NCBI GenBank assembly: GCA_965285935.1
Contig: OZ260663.1
Coordinates: forward strand, 78,926,001-78,990,000
Length of the DNA stretch: 64,000 nucleotides
Direction of reading: 5' to 3'
DNA from: Ophelia neglecta
Lineage: Eukaryota
Part shown: positions 62,301-64,000 of the stretch, one piece after another
How positions within the stretch are numbered: the stretch's first letter is position 1
Layout: each line of letters starts with the position of its first letter
Translations under genes and position numbers: made by a program
The notes under the pieces: generated by a model
Database searches by the model: none
Seen by the model: only the letters and a program-made list of their open reading frames with translations
What the model was told of the DNA's origin: nothing

Positions 62301-62338
62301 TGAAGATGCAAACTGACGCTGCTGAAGCTAGTTCGTAG
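50367..62338 (+). CDS. NASP: Nuclear autoantigenic sperm protein / N1-N2 family histone chaperone (SHNi-TPR), ~673 aa with all exons
   Basis: Exons 50367-50407, 54262-54450, 54569-54687, 55036-55104, 56194-56823, 57489-57634, 58721-58865, 59575-59763, 60139-60275, 60847-60960, 61103-61153, 61561-61686, 62273-62338 (2022 nt, in frame). Motifs [91 protein letters not shown]. Confidence 0.95.
55776..55919. mobile_element. MITE in NASP intron 4
   Basis: 17-bp perfect TIR CAGGCTTTGAAGCTAAC / GTTAGCTTCAAAGCCTG; no clear TSD. Confidence 0.7.
56346..56690 (+). repeat. Coding 33-bp (11-aa) tandem repeat, ~10 copies, consensus [11 protein letters not shown]
   Basis: Visible in the DNA (GAAGATAAAAAAGCAGAAGAGAC.ACAAAAGCT) and in the translated NASP exon 5. 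Confidence 0.9.
59813..59973. mobile_element. MITE family A in NASP intron 8
   Basis: TA-CAGTAAAACCCG...CAGTCCCTTGGGTGGTCTTAATTCACAGGTTTCAATG-TA; near-identical 3' half to the copy at 23813. Confidence 0.8.
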
Positions 62339-63693
62339 ACATTCCTATTGGTTCAACCACACACACACAGCTGTTGACTGCCATAGTCCGAAAACATTGC
62401 ATCAAAGTGGGACAATCAGAGCTTGGGTTATTCTACTTGACAGACATTTTGTGGACCAAATATGGATTAGCAGAATAAAATACATTTCAGGACTAATCAC
62501 CTTATTCTGGATATACCCCTAGTAATGTACACATCCAGCCATCCAGATTAGAATCATGTGTTCGGCCATATTCAGCTTTCACTAGATGTGCTAAGGTAGA
62601 TTCACAGCGCTTTTTCACACTATATATAGAGTTCTTATATTTATGTCATTTATGTCACCATGTATATTTGTTATTTTCTGGGAAGTGATCAACAATGGAA
62701 AATCTGTTAAGACATAATCAGAGTTTATTATTATAAATGTAATTATTAACCCTGATTATGATGCATTAGCTATAGAACTTGTGCTAACATTGTATATTAC
62801 TTAAAAGTGCTTCAATTCAAATGGTCATTTAAAACTGTGCGACTATTTGGTGTGATCGCTACTATTAAGAGGTATAAATGGATAAAAGATTTTTGAATAT
62901 TTTCAGTTCAAATCGTATGACTTTAGTGAGGAAAGAATCTTGTTGTACCCGTAAATAAATCAATTCAAAATTGCTTAAGGTTCTTGTTTATAATTTTATT
63001 CACCTATCAACTGGAAGTCTTTTATGTCGAGACTTCATCCCACAAAGATTTTGCGGTAGTTACTTTGGTAAGACAAACTTTATTGACAGCATATATTCTG
63101 CAGAGCTATGAGGCAGAGTGTAATTTTGCTGAACTTTTATTTAGGGACAACTAGGAGTGGGGTTAGATAAGGATACTTAAGTTTGTGACTTTTTTATGAC
63201 TTATTTCATCAAGTTGAGTCGGGGGTCAGAAGGTGTGCAAAACCCATTGTTATTTACTAACTTAAATCAAAATTTAAGTCTCCATCCTTCCAGAACTCCA
63301 TTTTTAGCACGTTCTTTTGTGACAACAAAATCAAAGTGCAAATTTTGTCTGTCACAAGTTTATTGATAAAATCGCACACCAAGTCTTGTCTTGGACGTGC
63401 ACAGCTGCTGTACCCTTCATGCAGATAGGAACTCTCCCACTGGACAGCTGGAGGCTGAATACAAACCAGTATGTGGCAGGCACTCAGTGATTGGTTACCT
63501 TTTCTGCGAAAACACATCTTTCCCCTCTCAAGTTGTTAATATACAGATTGATTATGGCTGTAGGCAGATGAGGAAATGGTGAAATGAGTTAAATAAATCA
63601 GGGTTGTGTTAGATCTGGTTATGATCTATTGACGAACCAATATTGTCAGCTGGGTAGGGATGTTTGAAAAGAGTTTCTTTGACCAATGTGGAC

Positions 63694-63830
63694 CAGAGAT
63701 GGGGTCAAATACTTTACTAAGTATTTAAATACAAATACAAGTACTTCTTGTAAGGACAATAATTCTTTGTAGAAGTACTTAAATAAAAATACATTAAAAT
63801 ATATTTAAATACAAATGCAAACACTTTCAC
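63694..63830 (+). repeat. AAATAC-rich repeat, probable DNA-transposon end
   Basis: CAGAGATGGGGTCAAATAC followed by repeated AAATAC/AAGTAC units. Confidence 0.4.
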
Positions 63831-64000
63831 AAATTGATTAGTGTTTACAATTTGCTTTGAAATTTCATTCTTGGTTTCTTACTAGCCATTGTTGACACCA
63901 CATCTGATCAGTGATGACTATCACGTGATGGTTCTGAGATAATTCTTTACTTTATACATGTTGTATCTAGGACTGTCATTGACATCCAAATTTTGTCGAT

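Overview
AT-rich, intron-containing animal genomic DNA, most likely a marine invertebrate; the taxon cannot be fixed from the sequence alone. The first ~31 kb has no host gene I can support. It is transposon-rich: a young 5'-truncated LINE with an intact APE+RT ORF2 and a 10-bp TSD (5863-9873, -), an old LINE 3' remnant, a Helitron PIF1-helicase remnant with its CTAG/hairpin 3' end, several TA-flanked MITEs and a 14-bp minisatellite. The remaining ~33 kb holds four spliced housekeeping genes in two head-to-head pairs: PIGW (-, 7 exons) / REX1BD (+, 5 exons) and BTF3L4 (NAC-beta; -, 6 coding exons) / NASP (+, 13 exons). All four exon chains were walked by hand through GT-AG sites and close in frame. 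The most notable feature missing from the ORF track is a family of six paralogous ~61-62-nt box C/D snoRNAs inside the BTF3L4 transcription unit. Three lie in coding introns and three in the 5' non-coding region, downstream of a TCT/5'TOP-type promoter. All share an invariant guide complementary to 28S rRNA CUGUUGAGCUU beside the peptidyl-transferase centre. Also notable is a symmetric 630-bp repeat-expanded NASP exon that mirrors the mammalian tNASP-specific cassette exon.
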